Assembly (NCBI GenBank): GCA_054661495.1
Contig: BAAFSQ010000423.1
Coordinates: 1 to 6,932, forward strand
Direction of reading: 5' to 3'
Length of the DNA: 6,932 nt
DNA from: Zygophlyctis sp. KS116
Lineage: Eukaryota > Fungi > Chytridiomycota
Position numbers and translations under genes: made by a program. Below the pieces are notes generated by a model. That model was not told the DNA's origin and did not search any database. It saw only the letters and a list, made by a program, of their open reading frames with translations. This document shows, one piece after another, positions 6,716 through 6,932 of the stretch (positions are counted from its first letter, which is position 1; the number at the start of each line of letters is the position of its first letter).

Positions 6716-6932
6716 ATGTCAAATTCAACTATTTGGTTTCATCTCTATGATTCTTCTACCGGTCTGCCATACAAGGGAACTAGTGCTACTTTCGTATGGC
6801 GCTCTTCACTGAAAGTTCTAATGATTGCAGAGTTTTGTGATGCTGTCAAAATCAAGTACTCTGATAGTCATTTGAAAGGTGTTAGTCCTTCTGATCTCAA
6901 GGTCTTTAAGAACAAGGACTCATTTGATAAGA
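6716..6932 (+). CDS. Crinkler (CRN)-like protein, N-terminal ubiquitin-like header domain; partial, runs off the window
   Basis: Open frame from ATG 6716 to the window end: MSNSTIWFHLYDSSTGLPYKGTSATFVWRSSLKVLMIAEFCDAVKIKYSDSHLKGVSPSDLKVFKNKDSFDK. The 'WF-x-L-x-D-x-x-TG-x-PYKGT-x-A ... F-x-DAVK-x-K ... L-x-x-(V/I)-x-x-SDL-x-V-(Y/F)-KNK-x-x-FD' pattern resembles CRN-type headers recalled from chytrid and oomycete proteins. Absent from the ORF track because it has no stop codon in the window. Confidence 0.75.
   Translation, partial: MSNSTIWFHLYDSSTGLPYKGTSATFVWRSSLKVLMIAEFCDAVKIKYSDSHLKGVSPSDLKVFKNKDSFDK

Noticed and set aside
1-6932. CRISPR arrays, tRNA/rRNA genes, transposase or terminal repeats
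   Set aside because: None visible; almost all of the sequence is accounted for by exons, micro-introns and very short spacers.

Overview
An AT-rich, very compact eukaryotic locus in the standard genetic code, most consistent with an early-diverging (chytrid-like) fungus; the taxon is an inference. The fragmented ORF track is explained by 19 miniature GT-AG introns of 23-32 nt. Manual splicing gives five complete genes and one partial gene: exportin-5/Msn5 (+, 115-4107, 17 exons, ~1185 aa), F-actin capping protein beta (-, 4114-4941, 1 intron), an AMMECR1-family protein (-, 5048-5662, 1 intron), histone-fold POLE3/Dpb4 (+, 5742-6188), Arp2/3 subunit ARPC5 (-, 6199-6648, with a hidden in-frame 24-nt intron), and the 5' end of a Crinkler (CRN)-like gene (+, 6716 to window end) that the ORF track omits. 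Intergenic gaps are only 6-106 nt. The most notable points are the ultra-short intron system (including stop-free 3n introns), the near-abutting convergent genes, the tiny divergent promoters and an effector-type gene head-to-head with a core actin gene. No prokaryotic system, CRISPR array or RNA gene was seen.
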